DNA of 64,000 nucleotides from an uncultured Acidobacteriota bacterium (GCA_963843575.1 CAWJKZ010000016.1:1-64000); one strand, 5' to 3'; shown: positions 1 through 11,162, numbered from the stretch's first letter. A program made the numbers and translations. The notes: a model not told the origin generated them from the letters alone.

Positions 1-195
1 GCCAATTGCTAACCACCGGATGGCGTAGCGGTCCCCGCGGCTGACGTAGAAAGCGGTCTCCGAGAGGTTGTTTTCCTTTGCGATCTCCTGCATCACGGCG
101 TCGGGGAGCCACTCGTGCAGTGGACAGACCGCCGCCGGGTTGCCGTGAAACAGGCTGTCGGTAAAAGCGTCGACCTGGTAGATAGGTATCTTCAC
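1..195 (-). CDS. PhzF family isomerase, 5' part (runs off window edge)
   Basis: GTG at 195 translates as MKIPIYQVDAFTDSLFHGNPAAVC...ENNLSETAFY...IRW, the PhzF/DAP-epimerase-like N-terminal motif. Not in the ORF track. Confidence 0.85.
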   Translation of the reverse strand, partial: MKIPIYQVDAFTDSLFHGNPAAVCPLHEWLPDAVMQEIAKENNLSETAFYVSRGDRYAIRWLAIG

Positions 196-208
196 CGTCG
201 TCACCCCT

Positions 209-1626
209 TCAGACTTGGATCTCACCTCGGAGGCTTGAAGTGCTCGAAGGCAGGTGCGCCCGCAAGCCGAGTGCCAGCAGGAGCGCCGCGAGCGCCACGC
301 AGGCCCAGGCAAAGGCGTCGCCGGACCGGGAGTAAAGAGTGCGGCCCGGCCCTCCTCTGACGCTGGCCGCGAGCGTCGCGCCGGGTGCTCTCCCTGACCG
401 CGACTATCCCTCCCCGGCTGTCGGTCACGCTCAGCAGGCCGTCTTCGGCGCAGCGCGCCACCGAGAACCCCCCTTCCACGCCGCGCAGCCACGCCATTTG
501 CGCGTGGAGCCGCCCGTCCCTGCCGAAGTCCCAGGCGGGGACCAGCAGGAGGCCGGCCCCGGCGCGCGCGTAGCGCCTGCCGAGCTCGGGAAAATCCATG
601 TCCTTGCAGATAGCCACCCCACGGCCACCCGGGAGCGCGACGATGTCCGTTCCCTTCTGGTAGTCCTGGCCGGGGAGATGGCGCTCTGTGACGTACCGGG
701 CGACGAACTCGCCCGAGGCGGACACGACGTCGGCCACGTTGCGGTGGGTCCCGTCGGGGAGGTACTCGTCAAAGGGGGCAATCACCTGCACCCGGCTCCT
801 GCGAGCGGCTTCGGCGACGATGGCGCGGGCTTCGGCAGCCCATTCCGGCCGGAGCGTCACAAAGGACTCCGGCAGGAGCACGATCTCGGCGCCGCCGCCC
901 GCCAGGAAGGCGACGATGTTGGCGTTCGCGGCGGCCGCGGCGATGGCGGTCTGCCGGTCGCGGGTGCCGTAGCGGGCGCGGATACCACCCTCGGTGGCCA
1001 TCCCCACCCGGACCGCAGGGGTGGTGCCGGGCGCAGGAGCACGGCGATGCCGAAGGCCAGGCACGAGGCCACCGCAAGGATGGGGACCAGGACGTAGCCC
1101 GGGCGCAGCGGCTTCGATCGGAGGGCGAGCGCGATCCCGGAGGGGACCAGCGACACCAGAAAGGTGATCGCCGCCGCCCCCGCGACGCTCGCCACCTGGA
1201 TCAGCGCCAGGAAGGGAACTTGCGAATAGGCGATGCTGAGAAAGGTACCGTTAGGGGAGACGAGCGAAAAAATGTGCTCCCAGGCGGTCCAGAGGGCTGG
1301 GAAGAGCAGGACCCCCGCCGCGGGGGGAGGGCCTGTGCGAGGCGGCCCGTCGATAGGGCGGCCGCGGCGAAGGCCGCCGCCGGGACGGCCAGGGCGGCGA
1401 GCAGCATCGGCGCCGGGACCAGGCCGGCATAGACCGGCGCGACGTTCACCTCGCCCAGGAGAAACGCGGTGAATGCGACGGCGAGGACCCGGCGCGCTCC
1501 CGCACCGCCGAGGGCGTACCACAACACCGGGGCGGGGGCGAGCCAGGCGAGCGGCCACAGGGTTCCCAGGTTCGTCGAGAGGTAGAAAAGCGCTCCGGCG
1601 GCCGCAGTCGCAATCAGCGCTGTCAT
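209..1626 (-). CDS. Membrane-bound carbon-nitrogen hydrolase (apolipoprotein N-acyltransferase-like), frameshifted
   Basis: TM N-terminus (1201..1626 ORF, continuing in the 857..2452 frame with LSIAYSQ), then nitrilase motifs LLPES, ICKDMDFP, VPAWDF in the 222..1064 frame. A final TM helix (TLYSRSGDAFAW...) in another frame ends at TGA 209. About 3 frameshifts. Confidence 0.75.
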
Positions 1627-1629
1627 GCG

Positions 1630-4600
1630 CTACTCCCGCCGACGCCGGGCTCTGGATCAGGCTGACCAGTTCCCGAAGCGCCTGCAGTTGGCCGGAGTCC
1701 CTGAAACTCGTCCGGTACCACCGCTCGATGCTCGTCCTGTCGACCGCCGCCCGCGAGTTGCGGGCTGCGAAGGCGCCTATTCTCTCCAGCGCTTCCTTGG
1801 CCTTCGCCGCCGAACCCGTCTGCTCGTAGGCGATCATCATCAGGTAGTCCTGCACCCGGAAGTCCGGGTCGCCCGGCCGCCCGGTTCCAAGCCGGACCGG
1901 GTACTCCTTCGAGCCTTCCAGCCGCTTGAGCGCCTCTTCGTACCGCCCCTGCTTCATCGCTTCGAGCGCCAGAGCCATCTGGCAGTCGGCGAACAGGCTA
2001 TAGACGTCGCTCTGCCCCTCGGCGGGCAGAATGGCCGCGTGTTCGAGGGTGGCATGGCAGTCCTGATACCGGCCGGCGTTCAAGTAGGCACGGGCCAACG
2101 TGACCTTAATGACGTCCTCTTTCGGGAACTGCTTGGCGGCGCTCTCGGCCACTGCCAGGGCTTTGTCATGCATCCCGCGCGAGGCGTAGTAGGCGGTCAG
2201 GCGCTTCGAATTGCGCCAGTCCTTGGGATCGACGGCGAGTGCTTTTTCGTAATCGGCCTGCGCTTTCCCCGGATCGACGCTTTGCTCGAGGAACGCGCGG
2301 CTGGCATAGAAGGCCGCATAGTCGGGCCGGTCTCCAGCCGACGCCAGCACCTTGCGCGCATCTTCCTCGCGGCGCAGTCCCCAATCGATTAGGCCGAGAT
2401 AGTACTTGGCTTTCCAGGCGCCGGCCAGGCGGTCAGAGCCTGGTCGGCCCACTCGAAGACCGGGATGGCTTCCTGCCGGAAGGGGAAGACCAGATACGGT
2501 GAAAGCGCCGCCGCCTGTTGCAGCACTTTCCGGCTCTGTTCCGGAGACTTGTTGCGGAGCAGGTAGGCCTGCCAGTAGCGGATTTCCGCCTGATCCGGCG
2601 CGACATCGAGCAAGCGCACCGCGTCCTCGTCCAGCCCGAGATTGACGTAGTAAGCGGCAATTTCGAGGTAGGACTCATGCGGCATTTCGTTGCGGATCAT
2701 CGAGCGAAAGCTCGCCAGCGTGGCCGGGCCCGGTTGCAGCAGATAGGTTTCGAAACGCGCGAGATGGCTCAGCGGATCGATGTCCAGGATGCGCGCCAGC
2801 GTCTCGCGGGCCTGAGCCGGCCCTTGCCCGCGGCGGTAGATCGTGCTCAGGACCTGATATGTCTTAACGCTGTGCGCGTCGTATTCGAGCGAGCGCCGGG
2901 CATACTCCTCGGCTCGCTCCATGTTGTCCTCCATCAGGTAGATTTCGGCAAGCTGGCAATATGCCGAGGAGCGGTACTTCATCGACCGCGCGGCCCAGCC
3001 GAACGTTTCTTTGGCATCCACGAAGTTACCCATGCGGCGCGAGATCAAACCGTAGAAATAGTTGGCGTCAGCGTCGTACATCACGAAATCGAGAGCCCTG
3101 CGGGCATACTCCAGAGCCTTGTCATACTCGGCGCGGCGATAATAGACCGCGGCGGCGCGTGTCAGGGCGCGGACATGTGTGGGATCACGCCGGATGCACT
3201 CGAGGTATTGATCGAGAGCCTTGCGGTAATTCCGCTCCCTCTCGTCGCGCTCGGCCGATTGATACAACCCTTCCAATGTGGAGCTGTCGTAGTTGTGGAA
3301 GTTCAGCGGGCGCTTCAGGAGCCCGTCCTGAGGATCGTCAGTGTATCTCAGCAGCTTCCCGAGGCGGACGCGCAGCGCGCCTTTGGGCACCTCCACCGGC
3401 ACGCTCTTCTTTTCAAATGCCCATCGGTTGAGACGAAGGCGCTCCCGATAGATTTCTTTGTCTCCGTTGTAGACCACCAGGTCTTCGTCGATCTTCCCCA
3501 GGGCGCTGAAGCCCAATTGAACCTCCTTCCCAGTTGTTCTGGCGTTGAGCGCGCCTGCGGGCGTGGCCACCACCATGGGCCCGATTTGCTTATAAGGGAA
3601 CCAGAATTCGCGCCAGCGGTCCGTGGTGTAGGGAGCGAAGAACTCGTGATCGTTCTGGTCGAGAAGCCTGCCGGACTGCGGTTCGAAGTACGGCCCGTCG
3701 CTGTCGGTGAGCAGGTTCTCCCAGATTGCACCGTCGCGGGAGAGCGGCCAGCGGAAGAACTTCTGCCCGGGCACCTCCTCGTGAAGGGCCCAGTGCCCAT
3801 AGCCGAACTTCGAGTCGTGCCAATAGGCGCCGTTGGACTCCTGCAGTTTGCCATGCACGAAGTAGCTTCCGCCTTCGTCCATTTCGCGATGGTCCTTGTA
3901 CAAAGCCAGGCTGCGGCCGTCCGGCAGAAGCGGCCACGGCTCCACGGGCACGGAGTAATCGTGGGCAATATACTTCGTGCCGGGCAGGATGAACTCGAGG
4001 TCCGGGCCAAGCTTCGCCGCGGCGTTCATCCACACGTAGTAGGACTGGTCGAGCGGCTGGGGGTTGTACCACAGCGCGTCGGTGAGGAAGTAGGCTTTGT
4101 CCGGCGGCAGCGTGATGGAGACGCGCCATTCGGTCCGCGACGGCAGGTCCATCGTTCCGACAATGCACGTGACGCTGCCGTCCTTATTCTTGCGCGTCAT
4201 GTAATCGACGGGCGAGGCAGTCGCGGGCGTGTGGCCGACGAGGCCGAAATTCCACTCGATGCCGCCCGAAGTCCACGGGCCGCGATGCGCAATCTGGCGG
4301 TACTTGCGGACCTTGTTGAAGTACAGAAAATCTTTGCCGGTGCTCTTCTCGATGGCCGCCAGGAGCTTGCCTCCGTCAGCCGGCGACACGAGCAGTTTGA
4401 GGTAGGCGTTCTCCAGGCGGATGATGTTGTAGTCCCTGCTCACGCCTTCATAGCTCAGCTCGTCAAAAAAGTAATAGGGGTAGAGGCTGGCTCCATTGCT
4501 CCACATGCTGGAGCGGGTCATGATCGGCGTCGGGTCCGGGCCGGAGAAGGGGTAGGTCTTGAAGGACTGCTTCTCCTCCTGGATAGTCGCCGGTTGGCAG

Positions 4601-4656
4601 AACAGGCACAGCGACAACGCAAGCATCAGCGACAGCGCGGCAAGAATTCGCTTCAT
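1630..4656 (-). CDS. DUF5107 domain + TPR-repeat secreted protein, frameshifted near 2430
   Basis: Signal peptide MKRILAALS at 4656, motifs LYPYYFFD, LENAYL, GPWTSGGIEWNFG, then TPRs continuing in the 857..2452 frame. 3' end approximate. Confidence 0.75.
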
Positions 4657-4813
4657 GGTGAGCCCTCCCGGCTGGGTGCGCCGGCAGGGCCGGCGCGTCA
4701 CTGTTCTATCACAAAAAACGGAAGCCGGGGGCTTCGGCTTGGACGACTCCCCGGACACCGCATGAGATCGCGGCGCAATCCGCAGACGGACGCCTGGCTT
4801 CCGGCCTCCAGCT

Positions 4814-5660
4814 TCAGGCTTCCGCTTTTCCCGGGATGTGGACGGGCTTCTCCTTGCCCAGTTCCAACGACCGCTGGTAGGCCGCCCAGACGGCGCGCGA
4901 GATCGCGGTGCGGAAGCCGGCCTTCTCGAGGTAGTACAGCGCCTCGGCCGAGGTGCCCCCCGGCGACGTGACCTGGTTGCGCAGCGTGGCCGGGTGCCGG
5001 CGCTGCCTGCGCGTAGAAGGACGCGAGCCCGCGATGGTCTGCAGCACGAGCTGCTCGGCGATGCGGCGCGGGAAGCCCATGTGCACGCCCGCGTCGATCA
5101 GCGCCTCCATGAACAGGAAGACGTAGGCCGGCCCGGTGCCGGAGAGGGCCGTCGCCATGTCGAGGTAGTCTTCGTCCTCGACGAAGACCTCCTCGCCGAG
5201 AGCGCGCCAGGATGGCGCGGGCCGTCTCCGCTGCTCCTCGCGTGACCGCTTCGGAGGCCGTCCACACGGTGATCGCCCTCGCCGATCTGGGCCGGCGTGT
5301 TCGGCATGGAGCGCACGACCGCGTGGTGCTTGAGCCCCGTGCCGAGCTTCTGCGGATCGATGCGCCGGCGACGATCGAGAGCACCAGCGCCTCGGGGCGG
5401 ATCACCTTGAGCCCCCTCATGACCGTGGTCAGCCTCTGCGGCTTGATCGACAACACCACCACATCGGCGTGGGCCGCGGCCTCCGCGTTGTCCGTGAAGG
5501 GGCGAACCCCGTACTTGTCCCTGAGTTGCTCCACCCTCTCGGCCCGAGGCCCGGCGGCGAGCAGGTGCTCCGGCTCGGCGAGCTTCTCGCGGATGAGTCC
5601 GCCTATCATCGCCTCCGCCATCACCCCGGGACCGATGAACGCTATCGTTTGCTTGGGCAT
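4814..5660 (-). CDS. proC: Pyrroline-5-carboxylate reductase, frameshifted
   Basis: [40 protein letters not shown] and VTSPGGT, split across three frames. Confidence 0.9.
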
Positions 5661-5667
5661 GCCCGGG

Positions 5668-5673
5668 ATTATA
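5668..5673 (-). promoter_or_regulatory. -10 box TATAAT 7 nt upstream of the proC ATG (possible leaderless transcript)
   Basis: Perfect TATAAT on the minus strand; no Shine-Dalgarno between it and the ATG at 5660. Confidence 0.5.
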
Positions 5674-5772
5674 AGGCCGCCGGCCGCCGTCTGTCAGCCG
5701 CGCGCCTCACCCTGCACAAGCCCCGCTAGAAATCTCCGCGCGGGCGTCCTTTATGAAGGGGAGTCGTCGATT

Positions 5773-7116
5773 GTGTTTTTCTATCGCTGCGTGCCGCGGT
5801 TTCTCGGGGGCGCCCGCCATGCGTTGCCCCTCCTGCCGAAAATCGAGCGCGAGCTCCAACTCTGCTCCGGCGCCGGCGCGGCGGCCGCCCTGGCGGACGG
5901 CTACAGAGCGGCGGTGTGCGCGCGCCTGCGCGACCGGTTTGCACCGGAGGTGGCGCAGGCGCTCACCCTCAAGGTCCTCAACATCCTCCTCGCAGGGTAT
6001 CACCTCCGCGCGCGGGACGTGTCGGTGTCGTCCCGGCCGTTCGGCATCGTGCTCGATCCCTCCAACGTGTGCCGGCTCGCGTGCCCGGGATGCGTCCACT
6101 CGACCCGTTCGGAGGCCCTCGGGTTGTTCGATTGGCCCAACGGCACGTTGCGCGGGCAACGCTTCGCCGAACTGCTGAGTCTATACGGCCCCTATGGGAT
6201 CGGGATGTACTTCTGCAACTACGGGGAACCGCTCCTCAACACCGGGACGCCGAAGCTCATCCGGTCTGCGAAGAACCACCTGCTCTGGACGTCGCTTTCG
6301 ACGAGCCTCTCGGTCCTTCGCTTCGACGCCGAAGCATATGTCCGGTCGGGTCTCGATTTCATGGTGCTTTCAATCGACGGGGCCACGCAGCCCGTCTACG
6401 GCCGCTACCGCCGCAACGGTGACCTGGAACTGGTTCTCCGGAACGTCCGCAGCCTGGTCTCGGCCCGGCGCGACCTGGGACGGGGCACGCCGGTGTTGTC
6501 CTGGAATTTCCTGGCCTTCGAACACAACGTACACGAAATCCCCGCGGCCGAGCGCATGGCGCGCAGGCTCGGGGTCGACCAGTTCCGCGTGGTGCGCCCC
6601 TTCGATGTGTCGTGGGACGATCCCGAGGTTCGGCCCGCCGCGGTGACGCCGCGCGTCACCCGCCTGCGCTGGTTCTCGACCAGCAACCCGGCTGCCAACT
6701 GGAACCCGTTCCCGGACAGCGTGGATGCCGGTGCCATCGCCCGCGCGTTCGAAGCCGGCTGGGAGGCGCCCGGGAAAGACGGCGCGCCTCCGGCCACCAG
6801 ATCCGGCCACACCTGCCACTGGCTCTACGAGAATATCGTGCTGGACGCGGCCGGCAGGGTCCTCCCCTGCTGCGCGGCGCCGCGGCCCGATGCAAACCTG
6901 GTGTTCACCACGTTCACCGGCGAGGGAGACCCGTTCAACTCGGCGAGGCACCGGCAGGCGCGATCCTCCTTTGCCGGCACGCCCTCCCCTGCCGCGGACG
7001 CCGCAGGCGCCCCTTATTGCACGCGCTGCAATTGGGACCACACCACCGTGAACATCGGCACCCCGGAGATCCGCCGCTACTTCCGCGCCGCCGGAATAGG
7101 GGACGGACCAGGCTAA
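5773..7116 (+). CDS. Radical SAM / SPASM-twitch domain protein
   Basis: CRLACPGC, NYGEPLL, LSIDGATQ and C-terminal CHWLY...LPCC...CTRC. GTG start at 5773 is inferred; the stop lies inside the repeat element. Confidence 0.8.
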   Translation: MFFYRCVPRFLGGARHALPLLPKIERELQLCSGAGAAAALADGYRAAVCARLRDRFAPEVAQALTLKVLNILLAGYHLRARDVSVSSRPFGIVLDPSNVCRLACPGCVHSTRSEALGLFDWPNGTLRGQRFAELLSLYGPYGIGMYFCNYGEPLLNTGTPKLIRSAKNHLLWTSLSTSLSVLRFDAEAYVRSGLDFMVLSIDGATQPVYGRYRRNGDLELVLRNVRSLVSARRDLGRGTPVLSWNFLAFEHNVHEIPAAERMARRLGVDQFRVVRPFDVSWDDPEVRPAAVTPRVTRLRWFSTSNPAANWNPFPDSVDAGAIARAFEAGWEAPGKDGAPPATRSGHTCHWLYENIVLDAAGRVLPCCAAPRPDANLVFTTFTGEGDPFNSARHRQARSSFAGTPSPAADAAGAPYCTRCNWDHTTVNIGTPEIRRYFRAAGIGDGPG

Positions 7117-7339
7117 ATCGCTTGAATAGATGTATATGCGGCCAAAACGAGGCCTCAAATAGGCCTTAATCGACACTTTTGAGGCCGAAAATCGAAAATA
7201 AGGCCGAGCCGAAACGGGTCCCGCCCAAGCAGAGCCCTTATTTGCAGAAAATGAGGTCAAAAAACCGAAATAAGGCCTGTTTTGAGGGCTAAAATGCAGC
7301 TAACTGTTGAAATCATTGAGATTGTCCCGGTCCGTCCCC
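7099..7339. mobile_element. AT-rich non-autonomous element (MITE/REPIN-like), copy 1
   Basis: Inverted ends GGGGACGGACC (7099-7109) and GGTCCGTCCCC (7329-7339); interior homologous to 55293-55543. Confidence 0.75.
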
Positions 7340-9337
7340 ACGCATCGAGTCGGCGACTAGGTAGGTGAAGAGGAGGGCGAACATTATCAGGCCGGTGATT
7401 TCGCCGGCACGCGACTCGGCCCAGTGGGCGTTTGCGGCATACCAGTTCAGCGGCAGGCCGAACTCCGTCGCGCCGAAGCGGAGGAACGCGTTGAGCACGC
7501 CGAACAGCGAGCCGCCGGCAATGAAACCGGAGGCGATGAGCGTGCCGCGCGAGAGCCGGGCGTTGTTCACTTTGCCGTCCTTCGAACGGGTCGAGACCCA
7601 CCAGGCGACCAGTCCGCCGAACACCAGCGGGATGTTCAGCTCCTGCGGGATGTACATGCCGAGCGCGAAGGCCAGCGGCGGGATCTTGACCACGGTCAGG
7701 AGAAGCGCGATCATCGCGCCCACGATGTAGAGGATCCACGGGGTCGGGCGCCTTGGACATCAGCGGCTGGATCACGGCCGCCATCGCATTGGCCTGGGGC
7801 GCGACCATCGCACTGTCGCCGGTGAACCCGAAGGTCCGTTCCAGGATCAGGATCACGCCGCCGACGGTGGCCGCCGAGACCAGCACGCCGAGGAACTTCC
7901 AGGTCTCCTGTTTCTTCGGCGTCGAGCCGAGCCAGTAGCCGATCTTCAGATCGGTGATGAACCCGCCCGCCACCGACAGGGCCGTGCAGACGACGCCGCC
8001 GATGATCAGCGCGCTCACCATGCCCGACGGGCCCGAGAGGCCGACCTGGACGAGCACGAAGCGACGACAGGATCAAGCGTCATCAGGGTCATGCCGGAGA
8101 CCGGGTTCGTGCCGACGATGGCGATCGCGTTTGCCGCGACGGTGGTGAAAGAGGAAGGAGATCGACGACGACGATCAGCAGGCCGATCACGGCGTGGGTC
8201 AGGTTGAAGACGACGCCGCCGTAGAAGAAGACGAAGATGAGGAGGGCCGTCAGGAGGATCAGCAGGAGGTTGAACACCATCCGCAGGTCGGTTTGGGTGC
8301 GCGGCGCGTCCTCGGCGGTGGCCGACGATCTTGTGGAAGATCTCCGTAGGCGAGCGAGAAGGCGCCGGCGATGATCTTCGACGAGCGGAGGATCGCCGAT
8401 GATCCCGGCCATGGCGATGCCGCCGATGCCGATCTGCCGGACGTAGGTCCGGAAGATCTCTTCGGCGGTCATGGCGGAGATCAGCTTGGTCGCCGTCGGC
8501 GCCGAGCGGCACGGTCAGGCCGTTGCCGATCTCGTAGACGAGCGGGACCAGCACGAACCACGAGAGGAAGGACCCGGCCGCGATGATGGTGGAGTATTTC
8601 AGCCCGACGATGTAGCCCAGCCCGAACACCATCGCGGAGATGTTCAGGCGGAGGACCAGCCGGTCACCTGTCGGCCAGGGCCGCCCCGGCGTCGAACATG
8701 CGCGAGGTGATCACCTCCGACCACGAGCCGAAGGCGCTGAAGGCGAAATCGAAGAGCCCGCCGATCAGTCCGCTGACGACCAGCACCGCCGCCTGCCTGC
8801 CACCTTTTTCGCCCGGCCACGAGGATCTCGGTCGTCGCCGTCGCTTCGGGAAAGGGGAGCTTGCCGTGCATGTCCTTGACGAAGTACTTCCGGAACGGGA
8901 TGAGGAACAGGATGCCGAGAAACCCTCCCAGCGCCGAAGGCGACGAAAACCTGGAAGAAACTCGCCGGCAGCTTGAGGATGTACAGGGCCGGGATGCGTG
9001 AAGATGGCGCCGGCGACGATGACGCCGGAGCTCGCGCCGATCGACTGGATGATGACGTTCTGCCCGAGGGCGTTCTGCCGGCCGAAGGCGGCCGAGAGGC
9101 CCACGGCCAGGATGGCGATCGGGATGGCGGCCTCGAAGACCTGTCCGATCTTGAGGCCCGAGTAGGCGGCAGCCGCCGAGAAGAGGACGGCCATCACCAG
9201 TCCCCAGACCACCGACCACGGGGTCACTTCCCGCGGCGCGCTTCGGGCGGCATGATCGGCCGGTATTCCTCGCCGGGGTCCAGTTCCTTGTACGCGTTGT
9301 CGGGCAGGCCCTTGATTCTTCCGGCTTCGTGCTCCAT
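7313..9337 (-). CDS. OPT family oligopeptide transporter, multiply frameshifted
   Basis: MEHEAGRIKGLPDNAYKEL, AAAAYSGLKIGQVFEAAIP, LPFPEATAT, FITDLKIGYWLG, APQANAM, ASGFIAGG across about 5 ORF pieces. Confidence 0.85.
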
Positions 9338-9371
9338 GGCGGCGGCTCCGTGTGGTTTGCGGGCAAGTTCG

Positions 9372-10622
9372 TCAACGGGACTTCTCGACCCAGATGCGGG
9401 CCAGCTCGAGGATGGTTTCGATCGCCTTGTTCATCGCCTCCACCGACAGCCACTCCGTCGGGCCGTGGAAGTTTCTCCCCCCGGTGAAGAGGTTGGGCGT
9501 GGGGAGTCCCTTCTCTGTCAGGCGAGAACCGTCGGTTCCCCCGCGGATAGGCACCCAGCGCGGCTCCAGCCCGGCCCGGCACGCCGCCTCCCAAAGGTAG
9601 TCGAGGACGCGGCTGTCCTCTCCCATATGATCCTTCATGTTGCGGTACTGCTCGATCACGTTCAGCTCGATGCGCGCTTCCGGGTGGAGGGGCCGCACCT
9701 CCGCGACGACCTGCTCCAGCTTCTGTCGGAGCGTTTCGAGCCCGGGTGTGTTGAAATCGCGCAGCAAGACCTTCAGCGTGGACTTGGCCTCCTCCCCCTG
9801 CAGGACGTGCGGGTGGATGTACGGCTCGTAGCCCTCGGTCGCCTCGGGGGCGATGTCCCGGGGCAGGCGCACGATGACGTCGGCCATCGCGCGCAGCGGA
9901 TTGACCATGATCCCCTTGGCGTTTCCCGGGTGGATGTTCCGGCCGTGCACGGTGATCACCGCGAGGTTGGCGCTGAAAGTCTCCTTGTTCAGCTCGCCCG
10001 CCGTCTCGCCGTCGACCGTGTAGGCGAACCTCGCCCCGAATTCGTCGAGATCGAAGTACTTCGTCCCCCCGCCCACCTCCTCGTCCGGCGTGAAGGCGAT
10101 CCTGACCTCGCCGTGCGGCGGGGAAGCGTCGCCGACGAGGCTCTGGGCAGCGGTCATGAGGATGGCGACGCCGGCTTTGTCGTCGGCGCCCAGAAGTGTC
10201 GTCCCGTCGGCCGTGACGATCGTCTTCCCCACGTTGTCGAGCAACTCGGGGTTCTCCGCCACCCGGATCACCACCTCGGGGTTGCCCGGCAGGACGACGT
10301 CGCCGCCCGCGTACTCGATCACCTGCGGATTGACGCCCGCGCCGCTGAACGACGGGGAGGTATCGACGTGGGCGATCAGCCCGATGGGGGGAACGCGGCC
10401 TCGTGCCGGGTCGTCCGGCCCCAGGTTGGACGGGATCGTCGCCATGACATAGCCGTGCGCGTCCACGCGCGCGTCCCGGATCCCGAGCTCGCCGAGTTCC
10501 CGGGCGAGCAGGTTGAGGAGGTCGAACTGCTTTGCGGTGCTGGGGTAGGTGTCGGAGTCGTCCTTCGACTGGGTGTCTATCCGGACATACCGCAGAAAGC
10601 GCTCGAGAGCGGACTGGTTCAT
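9372..10622 (-). CDS. pepT: Peptidase T (M20B tripeptidase)
   Basis: ERFLRYVRIDTQS, AHVDTS, LLGADDKAG, FTPDEEVG, PIRGGTDG, NFHGPTEW. Confidence 0.95.
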   Translation of the reverse strand: MNQSALERFLRYVRIDTQSKDDSDTYPSTAKQFDLLNLLARELGELGIRDARVDAHGYVMATIPSNLGPDDPARGRVPPIGLIAHVDTSPSFSGAGVNPQVIEYAGGDVVLPGNPEVVIRVAENPELLDNVGKTIVTADGTTLLGADDKAGVAILMTAAQSLVGDASPPHGEVRIAFTPDEEVGGGTKYFDLDEFGARFAYTVDGETAGELNKETFSANLAVITVHGRNIHPGNAKGIMVNPLRAMADVIVRLPRDIAPEATEGYEPYIHPHVLQGEEAKSTLKVLLRDFNTPGLETLRQKLEQVVAEVRPLHPEARIELNVIEQYRNMKDHMGEDSRVLDYLWEAACRAGLEPRWVPIRGGTDGSRLTEKGLPTPNLFTGGRNFHGPTEWLSVEAMNKAIETILELARIWVEKSR

Positions 10623-10698
10623 TTGAGGGCCTCGCTGTATGCGGTGCGCAAGCATTTGTATCGCGGGACCCCCCGCGGGGCAAAGCGAAATTGGCGGA

Positions 10699-11112
10699 TC
10701 AGGAGACTATTGAATATGACACATCCAGCTCGATGTCGGTGCGCAGCGAGTGATAGACCGAGCAGTATTTCTCGCGCGACAGGGAGAGGGCGAGGTCGAT
10801 ATCCGACGGGCGCAGCTCCTTTCCGGCGAGCTCCATGCGCAGAACGATTCTGGTGAAGCGGCGCGGCTCGACCTCAGCCCGCGTCCCCTCCACCGAGACC
10901 CTCAGCGCCGCGAGGCCGGCCCGCATTTTCCCCAGGATGTGAACGACGTCGACAGCCATGCAGCCCGCCAGGCCAAAGGCCAGGAGTTCCATGGGCGAGC
11001 AACCCGCGACCGCGCTCCCGTCGATCGCCAGCCCGCGTCCTCCTGCCGTCCCCTGGAAAAGCAGTCCGCCATTCCACGCGATCTCTACCCGCATCGGCCG
11101 CGCGCCGCCCAT
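10699..11112 (-). CDS. OsmC family protein
   Basis: SPMELLAFGLAGCMAVDV and LSREKYCSVYHSL at the 3' end of the long ORF; GGGGAG RBS before ATG 11112. Confidence 0.85.
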   Translation of the reverse strand: MGGARPMRVEIAWNGGLLFQGTAGGRGLAIDGSAVAGCSPMELLAFGLAGCMAVDVVHILGKMRAGLAALRVSVEGTRAEVEPRRFTRIVLRMELAGKELRPSDIDLALSLSREKYCSVYHSLRTDIELDVSYSIVS

Positions 11113-11162
11113 AAGCTCCCCCGTCGGACGCTCCTGTCCCCCCGCCCCTCTCGCGAGGTCTT

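Noticed and set aside
1-20. PhzF reads IRWLAIG instead of the usual RWFTP
   Set aside because: Only a few codons at the window edge; truncation, contig end and error cannot be distinguished.
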